Positions 19,433 through 28,360 are shown, numbered from the stretch's first letter. The stretch is 32,179 nt of DNA from Promethearchaeota archaeon (GCA_016930515.1 JAFGGO010000066.1:1-32179), one strand, 5' to 3'. Notes: generated by a model from the letters alone, not told the origin. Numbers and translations: made by a program.

Positions 19433-20680
19433 ATGGCCGTTCAAAGCTATCTATCGAATTTATTTGTTTCCCGCTCGAAATTACTTTCCGATTTCACGCA
19501 AAATTATCTCGATTCCTTCAATTTTAGAGAAAACATCAATCTTCACTCAGGAACGCAATTTAGATTCACGATTCGGGAAAGAACAAAACCTAAGAAAATC
19601 AATCCCATTATCAGAAAAGCGAGAGCTAGCGATGTAGAAGATATAGTATACACATACAAGGATGTCTACGAGGGAACACATCCATACAGGGAGATGGAGG
19701 ATCCTACTCACATTCTTAAAATGATTGAAAAGGAAAATGTTGAATGGTTGATATTTGAGCACCCCAATACTGGCGAAATCTGTGGTTGTTTCACCCTAGT
19801 CCTCGATTTTAAAGATATGAAGGGTTATACCAGAGGTTTCGTCGTGAAGAAAAAATTTGAAGGTAAGTTGGATGTGATAAAAGCGTTCTTAGGGTCTTTT
19901 ATCGCAATGTTTGCAAAATACGAAGGCAAGATATTTAGGTGGTATGGTGAAAGCAGGACGGCGCATTCGAAGTCACAGTACTGCATGAGGCCAAGCGGGT
20001 TTAAACCTATTGCATTTCTCCCCAATAAGGATGTGTTTTTCCATAAGGTCGAATCCGACATTTTAATCATAAGTTACGACCAGAAGGCTATCTCGGACAT
20101 GAGATCCAAGGAAATACCTACAATAATACCAGAAGTCGTTGATTGCTTTCGCTATTCTTCAAGACGGTACGCATTAGGAAAATATAAAACATATCATTCT
20201 CCTTTATTCCTTGATCAAAAAAGACTAAATTCCATTTCTAATAAAATAATTAATCGTTACAGCAAGGATAGGTTTGGATACCAAAAATACAATATCCACA
20301 TAAAGGAAACGGAATCATATTTGTCGTTCTTATACACGCCATCAGTTCAGAGCATTGAAAAGGTCGAATATCATGCGGAAAGCATTGAGGATCTACATGT
20401 TTTAGTAAGAGAATTGATAAACGAAGCATTTCGCTTGCAAGTTAGATATATGGAAGTCTTCGTGAGCGCGTATATGCCTCAAGAACAATTGGTATTTTAT
20501 GAATTGGGATTGATTCCTCGAGGGTACTTACCAAGCTGGAAATATGATATTGTGACTTCCAATTTTAAAGATTACATCCTATTTAATAGATTTCGAGGGC
20601 AAGTTGCTAAAGACATTCAGTTATTAGACGAGGGAAAGGAATTACTTGATTGTTTAAAGTTTACTCTTCATAGAATTTAG
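19433..20680 (+). CDS. Tandem GNAT-fold protein
   Basis: IRKARASDVEDI..YTRGFVVKKKFEGK..SGFKPIAFLP, and a second fold ending FYELGLIPRGYLP. Confidence 0.7.
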   Translation: MAVQSYLSNLFVSRSKLLSDFTQNYLDSFNFRENINLHSGTQFRFTIRERTKPKKINPIIRKARASDVEDIVYTYKDVYEGTHPYREMEDPTHILKMIEKENVEWLIFEHPNTGEICGCFTLVLDFKDMKGYTRGFVVKKKFEGKLDVIKAFLGSFIAMFAKYEGKIFRWYGESRTAHSKSQYCMRPSGFKPIAFLPNKDVFFHKVESDILIISYDQKAISDMRSKEIPTIIPEVVDCFRYSSRRYALGKYKTYHSPLFLDQKRLNSISNKIINRYSKDRFGYQKYNIHIKETESYLSFLYTPSVQSIEKVEYHAESIEDLHVLVRELINEAFRLQVRYMEVFVSAYMPQEQLVFYELGLIPRGYLPSWKYDIVTSNFKDYILFNRFRGQVAKDIQLLDEGKELLDCLKFTLHRI

Positions 20681-20863
20681 GCATAGAACACGATGATTAC
20701 GAATCGAACGGATTTGGACAAAACGACAAAATGGTGAAAGCAACAAACCTAATAATAGGCAATTAGCAAAATCTCGTTGCTTTTGATGATGATTGGTATA
20801 AAATTAATTTGTAATAGTGCTTTATAAGTATAAGAAAAGAACATCAAAAAAGGTATTCAATCC

Positions 20864-22444
20864 TTAAATTCTAAAGAAAGCTTTTCCGTCCATTATCCAA
20901 AAAGGAAGTATGTCCTTCTTCACCAATTCGTCGATGTTCTGGTTAAAGCGCTTGGAAAGAAAATTATTGGAGATAATGAGTGCTTTTTGGTCTCGCGCAT
21001 ATTTAAGTAAGAGTTCTTCGACAGGAATTCCATCGGGAGCTTGTAAAATGAGATTTTGTTTCACGCATTTTAAATAGGCATCTGGCAAATCAATACAGTT
21101 GGCGAGAGAGGCATCTGATACGATGACTATCTTCTTTGCACCCAAGTCTCTTAAAGCGTCGTAAACGAGTTTGATGTTTACGAGTTGCGCTCCACCGTTT
21201 TTTGAAAGAGAATGATAAGCCACATTCGTACCGTCAACGACAAACACCCTACCTTTTAAGGTTAATTTTTGTTTTTTCCTAAAATATAGCTCGTTTTGAA
21301 GAGAATTTTCAAATACTTTTTGCTCTACTCGATTAAGCGTTTCTAAGAACCACTTCTTAAAAGACACAAAATCAGAAAGAGGCGATTCGATCCCGTGCTT
21401 CTTTTGTGGTTGTATTCTTTTAATTGAGTTCGAAACACTAGTGTTATCTCGAATTAATTTCGAAATTAAGGCATCTGGAACCTTTAAGTAAGTAAAGATT
21501 TTTTTAAAATCCTCATTATCGGTTTCTGACAACTCAAATTTCGTGTAATTCATCGCAACCCAACTGGCAAGGAAGTCTTCGGGAATTCCGTCCTTCCAAT
21601 GATGATTTCTCAAGTAATCATACAATTTTTGAGGATCGTAGAGTTGTTCCAACTCTAAATTCGCAGGATTAACCTTATCGTGTCGATAATCGTGGAGAAC
21701 TTGAACGAATTCCCGGGCAATTTGCTTGTTAATATTGATAACGAACTCGTATTCCTTGACGAAGGTCTTTAGTTTATTGAATCTATTTTGATGTGAGTTG
21801 GAAAACTTACCTCCTTTCGTTTCGATCTGGGGTAGTTCTATATCGAAATAGAGTTCCACGAACTTTAAGATCTTGTTCCAATATTTGCGAGGATATTCCG
21901 CTAATATCTCGTTTAAAAAGCCAAGCTCTCCCGTATCTACATACTCCGCGAATATTGAACCTGCAACGGTTTTAATTTTCTGGATTTTATCAAGCAGGAT
22001 ATTCTGATTTCTCGATGTTTGTATTAAAAGATTTTCAAACTCGAGATCCAATTCAGAAATATTGTAATTCAGAAACGAATTGTTTTTCTTGTTAAAAATA
22101 ACATACTTATTGTCGTTTATCTGGAGATGAACGATCTCGTTTACATTTAAAATACATCTTATTCCTTTTACTTGGACAATCTGGTTTAACATTTCCTCTC
22201 TGAGATTATAGATCAAGAACAAGGTCGGATTTTGGGAATAAGAATTGTTTAGTTCGCTCTCAACTATCTCCTTGAGGTTGTGCAATGCTGTTGATTCGAA
22301 ATCAATGACATTGTGTCCAACGGTAAAGGTTTCTAAAACATGAAGGTGCTTCAAATCGATATAAGGCAACAAAATAAGGTTTTTTTGCTGAAAAAATAAA
22401 ATATTCAGAAATTCTGGTCTGATTAGATCAATACCTGCGTCCGT
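20864..22444 (-). CDS. Large protein with C-terminal NYN/PIN (Zc3h12a-like) domain, probably degenerate; track start 22372, proposed ACG start 22444
   Basis: VFVVDGTNVAY..VSDASL..PVEELLLKYA..IISNNF; GGAGGTG lies 7 nt before the in-frame ACG. Confidence 0.8.
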   Translation of the reverse strand, partial: TDAGIDLIRPEFLNILFFQQKNLILLPYIDLKHLHVLETFTVGHNVIDFESTALHNLKEIVESELNNSYSQNPTLFLIYNLREEMLNQIVQVKGIRCILNVNEIVHLQINDNKYVIFNKKNNSFLNYNISELDLEFENLLIQTSRNQNILLDKIQKIKTVAGSIFAEYVDTGELGFLNEILAEYPRKYWNKILKFVELYFDIELPQIETKGGKFSNSHQNRFNKLKTFVKEYEFVININKQIAREFVQVLHDYRHDKVNPANLELEQLYDPQKLYDYLRNHHWKDGIPEDFLASWVAMNYTKFELSETDNEDFKKIFTYLKVPDALISKLIRDNTSVSNSIKRIQPQKKHGIESPLSDFVSFKKWFLETLNRVEQKVFENSLQNELYFRKKQKLTLKGRVFVVDGTNVAYHSLSKNGGAQLVNIKLVYDALRDLGAKKIVIVSDASLANCIDLPDAYLKCVKQNLILQAPDGIPVEELLLKYARDQKALIISNNFLSKRFNQNIDELVKKDILPFWIMDGKAFFRI

Positions 22445-22476
22445 TGTTTAACACCTCCAATAATATAAGAACAAAT

Positions 22477-23202
22477 TTATAGTAATTCATACTTGAAGTA
22501 GTTAAAAATAACCTGTACCATCAAGTCTTCGAAACACGGCACGACATTATCACCTTCTAGGGCCTTTGAAGGATATAAAACTCTCGTGTCGTCTGAGTAG
22601 GTTTCTTCAGATGGAAGTCCCATATCTTTTTTAAAATCACCAATTGGTATTGCGTTGTCCAAGTCGCGCTTATTGAGCTGAACAACATATGGAATTTGTT
22701 TTGGACCCGCAAAACTTTTTAATTCCCTGAAACTGCGCTTGTTTTGTTCCATTTTCTCTAGATCTGAATCCGCAACAAATACAATACCATCAGCACCATC
22801 AAGTACATATTCCCTCGTAGAAAGGAATCTTTCTTGACCCGTACATGTGACTACTTGAACCACGATTTCGTACAATTTTTGGTCGATTTCAAAATCAAAG
22901 GATAAGAAAAGTGAATCTTGCCAAAGCGTTCGACCGTCGGTAGTTTCGATGGAATATCCTTGACTTATTTCGGTCATGCTAAACTTTTCTTTCAAGCGAA
23001 AAAAGTTCGTGGTCTTTCCAGACTCCCCTGGCCCCCAATACACGATTTTAAATTGTATCACGCCGTCTTTTCTCCTGTTAGCCTTGCCAGAGTTCTGACT
23101 TGGCGCTGATTCTTCCTTTTTGTTTGATGTATTGATTATCATTTGATCATCATCTCGAGAGGATCTAGGTAGCACTACCAATCTTATCCTTGAAAATCTC
23201 AT
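22477..23202 (-). CDS. mglA: MglA-family small GTPase (true start probably GTG 23175 or ATG 23142)
   Basis: KIVYWGPGESGKTTN, TTDGRTLWQD, TCTGQ, VLDGADGIVFVADS, NKRDL. Confidence 0.9.
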   Translation of the reverse strand: MRFSRIRLVVLPRSSRDDDQMIINTSNKKEESAPSQNSGKANRRKDGVIQFKIVYWGPGESGKTTNFFRLKEKFSMTEISQGYSIETTDGRTLWQDSLFLSFDFEIDQKLYEIVVQVVTCTGQERFLSTREYVLDGADGIVFVADSDLEKMEQNKRSFRELKSFAGPKQIPYVVQLNKRDLDNAIPIGDFKKDMGLPSEETYSDDTRVLYPSKALEGDNVVPCFEDLMVQVIFNYFKYELL

Positions 23203-23713
23203 TCTTCAGGTTTTTAATATGTTCTTTAAGCTGAAGCTCGTTCATCTTGAGAGTATGTTTGATATTGTTGCTTTTTTGAATCTCTTGCTTGATCAAAGGA
23301 GCAAATTTTCCCATTTGGAGTACGACTACTCCAATGTTGACTTCCCTATCCGTCAGGAGCACGATAAGGATCTCGCGCTTTCCCTTCTTTTCGAGAGCAA
23401 CGGGACCAAGCGAGCGCACGAACAATTGCATGTTATTGTAAATCAAGCTGGCTCGCTCCAAGTTGTCGGTTTCAAAAAAGTCTTGTCCCTGTCTCGCAAT
23501 ACCATACAACGCAGCGCCTATCGAACCCAAGTCCCAGTAATTTAATTTTTTTTCAAACCGAGAATCTACGGCTATGATTTTCGCGTCTTGGTCTATCGCA
23601 ATTAACCCGTATATATACCCTTTTCGAGTCAAGCGCCCGTAATTAGTCCTGATATCGCTTAAAAGCTCACTTATCTTGTTTTGAAATAACATCTTTGGGA
23701 TTGTTCCATTCAT
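23165..23713 (-). CDS. mglB: Roadblock/LC7 (MglB-like) protein
   Basis: IAIDQDAKII..LGSIGAALYGIARQ..ILIVLL..VNIGVV roadblock pattern; immediately upstream of mglA. Confidence 0.75.
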   Translation of the reverse strand: MNGTIPKMLFQNKISELLSDIRTNYGRLTRKGYIYGLIAIDQDAKIIAVDSRFEKKLNYWDLGSIGAALYGIARQGQDFFETDNLERASLIYNNMQLFVRSLGPVALEKKGKREILIVLLTDREVNIGVVVLQMGKFAPLIKQEIQKSNNIKHTLKMNELQLKEHIKNLKNEIFKDKIGSAT

Positions 23714-23755
23714 TGTCGTTCAATCATTTTTTTTACAAAGATAGAACGATAGAAG

Positions 23756-23770
23756 TATTTAAAGGAAAAA
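23756..23770 (-). promoter_or_regulatory. T-tract/TATA promoter element TTTTTCCTTTAAATA
   Basis: About 43 nt before the mglB ATG; followed by CTTC, as in the radA promoter. Confidence 0.55.
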
Positions 23771-23781
23771 TTTAGGGATCT

Positions 23782-24699
23782 TTATTGAATCTTGTTTATA
23801 ACGGTTTTTTTCGTAATTTTTATTTGATTTAGTCCAGTGTATTGATTTTTCTTTACCAAAACATTAGAAAGAGAAATTTTATCCCCTATATCTAACATTT
23901 TAAAGCATTCTACAGCACGAATCCCCCAAACTACGACTTCGATGTGCTTATCGTTGTTGCATAAAAAGATGCTAAGTAAGAAAGATTTATCGCCGCTTTT
24001 CAAGTTTTTTTCGCCAAATTTCTTGTTTTCCACGATGCCGATAATTTTTTCGTAAAATCCTTCGCTTTCAAATAATCGAGTTATTTTTGGAGCGGCCTGA
24101 ATATATTTCTGCCTTAAATAATTTTTGTTTATTAAGGGCGGAATTTCGTTCTTTTTCACATTTTGGGGCGCTATCTCTAAGAATCCTTTTTTCTTTACCT
24201 GTAGCTCCAAGATTCCTTTTGTGCCTTTCTTAGCGTAGGCACCAATAATTCGCACGATCTCGTTAGGTTTAATATAATCATTACGCATTATTTCAACTTG
24301 CCTGTCCCATAATGTTACTTTTATTTTACCTGTCTTATCTCTCAAGACGAATGATCCTACCATGCCAATCGTGCCGTCCTTTCTCGTAAATTCCTTGATA
24401 CCATAGATGGTTTCAATCCTACCCGAGATTACAACATTGTCAGTATTTTCTGAAAGATCAGCAATATTTGACTCGAAATCGCAATAATCCACATTTTCGT
24501 GCATATATTCCTCTATTTCGAAATAGGTTTCAATAAGGTGTAAGTTTAGGCCTCTTTCCTTGGCAATCACGAACAATAGGGCTTCTGTGGTCAAATAACC
24601 CCCATAATCCCGTTCTTTTTTTTGCATTTCATTTTTAATCTCAGATTCAGTGAGACCTGAGTTGAGAAGAGCGTCATACAATTCGTCAACATTAGACAT
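23782..24699 (-). CDS. Archaeal RPA/SSB-like protein (N-terminal DUF2240-like helical domain + two OB folds)
   Basis: GGYLTTEALLFVIAKERG; EFTRKDGTIGMVGSFVLRDKTGKIKVTLWD; second OB fold IEVVVWG..LDIGDKISLSNV. Confidence 0.88.
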   Translation of the reverse strand: MSNVDELYDALLNSGLTESEIKNEMQKKERDYGGYLTTEALLFVIAKERGLNLHLIETYFEIEEYMHENVDYCDFESNIADLSENTDNVVISGRIETIYGIKEFTRKDGTIGMVGSFVLRDKTGKIKVTLWDRQVEIMRNDYIKPNEIVRIIGAYAKKGTKGILELQVKKKGFLEIAPQNVKKNEIPPLINKNYLRQKYIQAAPKITRLFESEGFYEKIIGIVENKKFGEKNLKSGDKSFLLSIFLCNNDKHIEVVVWGIRAVECFKMLDIGDKISLSNVLVKKNQYTGLNQIKITKKTVINKIQ

Positions 24700-24723
24700 T
24701 CGTATTGCCTCGATTCGTGTGTT

Positions 24724-25317
24724 TTAATCTTTTCCATATATTTTCAAGATGTTCCGCGTTCGGTGAAAAGCATAAGCTGAACAGTTCGCCAAGTATCTCA
24801 AGTTTTTCTGCAAGATCGGCTTGTAATGGTTCGATTTCAGATCCTTCTTGTCGGTAACAAATATGATCACGGCAATCTGTGTGGAAATGCGTGGCCAAAA
24901 TACCACTTTTCTCAATTTATCGTGCAATATAGTAAGATTTATTCTTGCTCGCTTGTAATCGAATACTGGGGCAAAACGATGGACTAAATGCAGGTATGCT
25001 CGTACTTTTCGGTTTAAGGATTTGGGGTCATGTGCCCGCCGAAGTACGATCCTGTTTAAAAATTCGTGTAGAATTAAAAGGTTTTTCAAAAATTGATTTA
25101 CTATATTCCAAACCGTTGAACGAGGAATGTTTAAGAGGTTAGAAATCTGAAGCACCTCACTTGGAGGTAATTGTTCACGCAGTTGCCCTTTATGAGTTAA
25201 GGAGACCAATCTCACAAGAATGTTAAGAACTAAAGCCCTAGTTTCTTTTGAAGGGACAAGTACTCTATATTTTGTTGTTCTAATAGTTTCGTTAGACATT
25301 TTCGTTAACATGTTCAT
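24724..25317 (-). CDS. Basic HTH protein with C-terminal TFB/cyclin-like repeat
   Basis: QISNLLNIPRSTVWNIV HTH; TQIAVIIFV..LQKNLRYLANCSAYAFHRTRNIL resembles the TFB C-terminal repeat (xxAAAxYIA..TQxEIAxxxxxTExTIRxRY). Inference. Confidence 0.55.
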   Translation of the reverse strand: MNMLTKMSNETIRTTKYRVLVPSKETRALVLNILVRLVSLTHKGQLREQLPPSEVLQISNLLNIPRSTVWNIVNQFLKNLLILHEFLNRIVLRRAHDPKSLNRKVRAYLHLVHRFAPVFDYKRARINLTILHDKLRKVVFWPRISTQIAVIIFVTDKKDLKSNHYKPILQKNLRYLANCSAYAFHRTRNILKIYGKD

Positions 25318-25367
25318 TTTTCCGTCCTTAAAACATCTATTATTCGTAATTTAACTTAGAGCCCATA

Positions 25368-25382
25368 TATTTAAATAAAAAA
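25368..25382 (-). promoter_or_regulatory. T-tract/TATA promoter element TTTTTTATTTAAATA
   Basis: About 51 nt before ATG 25317. Confidence 0.55.
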
Positions 25383-25455
25383 TGAGTTATTTTTTTCACC
25401 CTTTCTATTAACTCGTTTGCCTGCATTATCGTTGTAAAAATTGTTATTCAGAAAT

Positions 25456-26547
25456 TCAATCAGTTAAATAAATATCTAGTGATTTTTGTGAGGTTACATG
25501 CGTTTTAATAGCGCTTTTGAAATTAGTCAAGCATTTATAATAGCTTCTCGATAAGATTGACATGGCTTTTTCCACCCGTTCTCGGTTAAGATGGTGGTTT
25601 TGGCATAGGAATGAAACCACTCGAGAAGTATCTGGTGCGTTCCAATGAATGTTTCCGGTTAGATTAACAATATCTGGAAAAAGAAATATCTTCCTTATAT
25701 TTTTTATTACTTCATGAGTAAGATAAGTGAAATCATATTTTTTGGAGTATATCTGAATAATTTTCTCTAAATTTCTGTTTTTTTTTACTAGCGATAAAGA
25801 CCTTTTTGCTCCCAGGTTTTGAACACCTGAAAAATAGTCATTTCCAACAAGAATGGTCATATCCACCAGTTGAAACCTATCGATACCCCACACGCGCAAA
25901 TTTTGGTTAAGATCCACAAGTTGAGTATTTACTTTTTCATAAACCCATTTTCCACGCTGTTTTCTCCGTCTCGATTTCGAGAGGTTTTGAACGGTACGAG
26001 GACACCCGAAAACGAGAATATCATAATCTTGGGAAACGGCAAAATTTGCCACATTCGAGGAAACTAAGTGTGCACATTGAGCTTCGGCAGACGCAGGCGA
26101 TTCGATTATCGGCACGCCCATTGCTCCTAATAATAGCCTCGATTCATTCAAAACATTTGTCCACAAATATTCCTTGCTTAAGGCAATATTGTGTGCTGCT
26201 TTTAGATCTCTCCTCTCAATTGCCTTTTGATAAAGTTTCTCTGAAAACAGAAAATCTGCAAGTAGGTCTTTGGTGATCTTCCTCTTGAGTTCTGAATCTC
26301 GGCCATCAAAGCAAAAAATAGGTAAAATGCCATTGGAATAGTAAAAACTTACCCTGTATAATAAACCATAGAGGTGAGAAATGATTTTCTGCGTGCGATC
26401 CGTTATATAAGCAGCATTTTCTATCCTACTTGAAAATCCTATCAGGGCAGCGAGAATATTCGAAGCATCTACTGCAACGATGCTGTTCATTAGATCGTTC
26501 GTTTTAATGATGTTCGATTTAACGATTTCCCTTATTTTTACTCCCAT
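25456..26547 (-). CDS. fen: Flap endonuclease FEN1/XPG-family paralog with PIP box
   Basis: MGV start, VAVDASN, SHLYGLLYR, FCFDG, AEAQ, SQDYD, GNDY..G.GAK, C-terminal QKSLDIYL. Confidence 0.9.
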   Translation of the reverse strand: MGVKIREIVKSNIIKTNDLMNSIVAVDASNILAALIGFSSRIENAAYITDRTQKIISHLYGLLYRVSFYYSNGILPIFCFDGRDSELKRKITKDLLADFLFSEKLYQKAIERRDLKAAHNIALSKEYLWTNVLNESRLLLGAMGVPIIESPASAEAQCAHLVSSNVANFAVSQDYDILVFGCPRTVQNLSKSRRRKQRGKWVYEKVNTQLVDLNQNLRVWGIDRFQLVDMTILVGNDYFSGVQNLGAKRSLSLVKKNRNLEKIIQIYSKKYDFTYLTHEVIKNIRKIFLFPDIVNLTGNIHWNAPDTSRVVSFLCQNHHLNRERVEKAMSILSRSYYKCLTNFKSAIKTHVTSQKSLDIYLTD

Positions 26548-26569
26548 AAATGCGTACTATAATTCAATG

Positions 26570-26585
26570 AATTTAAAGGAAAAAA
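26570..26585 (-). promoter_or_regulatory. T-tract/TATA promoter element TTTTTTCCTTTAAATT
   Basis: About 23 nt before ATG 26547 (leaderless spacing). Confidence 0.6.
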
Positions 26586-26680
26586 GAGAATTAATCAAAA
26601 TGTTCTGAGAACAATAAATCATTTTTCTTTTATCAATTTGGGTTCAGTTTACAGAGATTTTAGCTCTCTTAGGATTTCAT

Positions 26681-26869
26681 TTACTTAAGTCCGTTTGCGA
26701 AGGCAAGTTTCTCTTCGATCGAGAGTATTTCCTCGTCATCAAATAGGGATAAATCTTTTTTTTCGAATTCCAATTGGCACACAAGGCAATCAAATGATTT
26801 TTCGTAAATCGCGAGAGCTTTTCCCTGACAACGAGGGCAATGTAAGTCTATTTGCTCTTCTTTTCTCAT
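26681..26869 (-). CDS. Small Zn-ribbon protein
   Basis: CPRC..CLVC..EFEK..LSIEEK; paralog of 27064-27345. Confidence 0.75.
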   Translation of the reverse strand: MRKEEQIDLHCPRCQGKALAIYEKSFDCLVCQLEFEKKDLSLFDDEEILSIEEKLAFANGLK

Positions 26870-27063
26870 GGTATACCGAATTCGCCAGTTAGATTGAATA
26901 ATTGAGATTTTATATATAACAAATAGACAGTATCCTTATTAAATGCACCTGCATGTTTAGAATGCTTATTATCTTTAAGGATTCTTTGATATATAGGACG
27001 AATTAAGACATCATATATTTTCATAGGTCCTCGTACCTCTATTAGTATTATATAGATTCTAAT

Positions 27064-27345
27064 TTAATTCCTGCTATGCTCTATATCTTCAAGGCAAAAC
27101 CGTATTAAAAGGGCCACGATATTTGATTTCTCTTCCTCGGCAAGCATATTTTCAGGGTCATAAATCGAAAGCTCACTTTTATTAAACTCGAGGGAGCAAT
27201 TTAAACAGTCTAGACTCGTATCGAGGTCGAATAAACTAGAGCTATGGCAACGAGGGCATGTTTCTGATTCAATATCGTATGAAACAGTCTTAGAATATCT
27301 CAGTCGTGCTCTAGTGCTCCTTTTTTTTTCCTGATTTTCTTGCAT
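27064..27345 (-). CDS. Small Zn-ribbon protein (paralog of 26681-26869)
   Basis: CPRC..CLNC..EFNK..LAEEEK. Confidence 0.75.
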   Translation of the reverse strand: MQENQEKKRSTRARLRYSKTVSYDIESETCPRCHSSSLFDLDTSLDCLNCSLEFNKSELSIYDPENMLAEEEKSNIVALLIRFCLEDIEHSRN

Positions 27346-27392
27346 ATTTCCGCACTCTTCTTTTGATCTTGTTGGTTGATGATAAGTTGTTA

Positions 27393-27442
27393 GTTTAAAA
27401 ATAAAAAACGCTCTCGCTCGAAAAGGGTTTTTTCTTTATATA
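27393..27442. promoter_or_regulatory. Back-to-back T-tract/TATA elements of a divergent pair
   Basis: Minus strand: TTTTTTATTTTTAAAC (27408-27393, variant). Plus strand: TTTTTTCTTTATATA (27428-27442). Confidence 0.5.
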
Positions 27443-27485
27443 GGTTCGATATCAAAGAATTTAAAGCACAAATAATTTCGAGTAA

Positions 27486-27866
27486 GTGAAAATGACAAGA
27501 AACGATAGCGACATAATCATCATCAAGGACAAAAAAAGTTCGTTCAAGGGAGCATATTGGGTGTTGTTTGCACTCCTTTTATTCGTTGCGATTTATGTGC
27601 CGTTTTTTGGAACGAACCTCAGGTATCAAACGAGCGCTGTCTTAAAGACCGTTTTTAACACAATCGGGACTATTTGTCTAGTAGGAGGAGGCATTCTAAT
27701 TGCGTTTGGAATAATATCCATTTTTCTAAAGGGCACTAGAGGACTTGCAATGATGTTGATCGGTGTGTTAGCCCTGTGGATCGGATCCTGGCTGACAGGT
27801 ACTCCCTTCTTATTTGAATTATTCGGGTTGGGGGCAGATGCCAGCGAATCGACAGGATATCATTAA
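27486..27866 (+). CDS. Small 3-TM membrane protein
   Basis: Three hydrophobic Gly-rich helices. Confidence 0.8.
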   Translation: MKMTRNDSDIIIIKDKKSSFKGAYWVLFALLLFVAIYVPFFGTNLRYQTSAVLKTVFNTIGTICLVGGGILIAFGIISIFLKGTRGLAMMLIGVLALWIGSWLTGTPFLFELFGLGADASESTGYH

Positions 27867-28114
27867 ATTCTCCTTTTTATCTTTCATTGAATTGAGTCTA
27901 AATATTTAAATTTATTATTCATTTATTGATTAAATTATTCAACATTCATGCTAAATTATTTTCAAATTTATGGTGGAATTAACCGTTCAATCTATTTTAA
28001 TAAGCTGCAAACCAATTTATTCAGAGTGAAGAGTTCTTTTCGGATCAGAAATAAGTTCGTGTTTAGACCCTTGAGCCCATTTTCAAAAAATATCCTGCGA
28101 ATTTAATGCCTTCG

Positions 28115-28336
28115 TCATATATTAAGGTGAAAATAATTGAATCCCGTGTATAATCCGCACAACGATATTAGTGCAATGCAGAGTATCATGACGGAAATCA
28201 GACTCATTCGCAATCGCTTGGTGCCAACGAGAAGGAACACGAAGCAGACTACGAGCCCCAATACGCCCACGATCGATCCAAGTGCTATTAAGTATTCAAT
28301 ACCATTTTCCATACTATCGAAGTAATCGAACATCAT
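28115..28336 (-). CDS. Small 2-TM helical-hairpin membrane protein (pilin-like architecture)
   Basis: IALGSIVGVLGLVVCFVFLLVG-TKRLR-MSLISVMILCIALISLCG. Confidence 0.75.
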   Translation of the reverse strand: MMFDYFDSMENGIEYLIALGSIVGVLGLVVCFVFLLVGTKRLRMSLISVMILCIALISLCGLYTGFNYFHLNI

Positions 28337-28360
28337 GATGTTTGAAAGATGACCCCCTTG

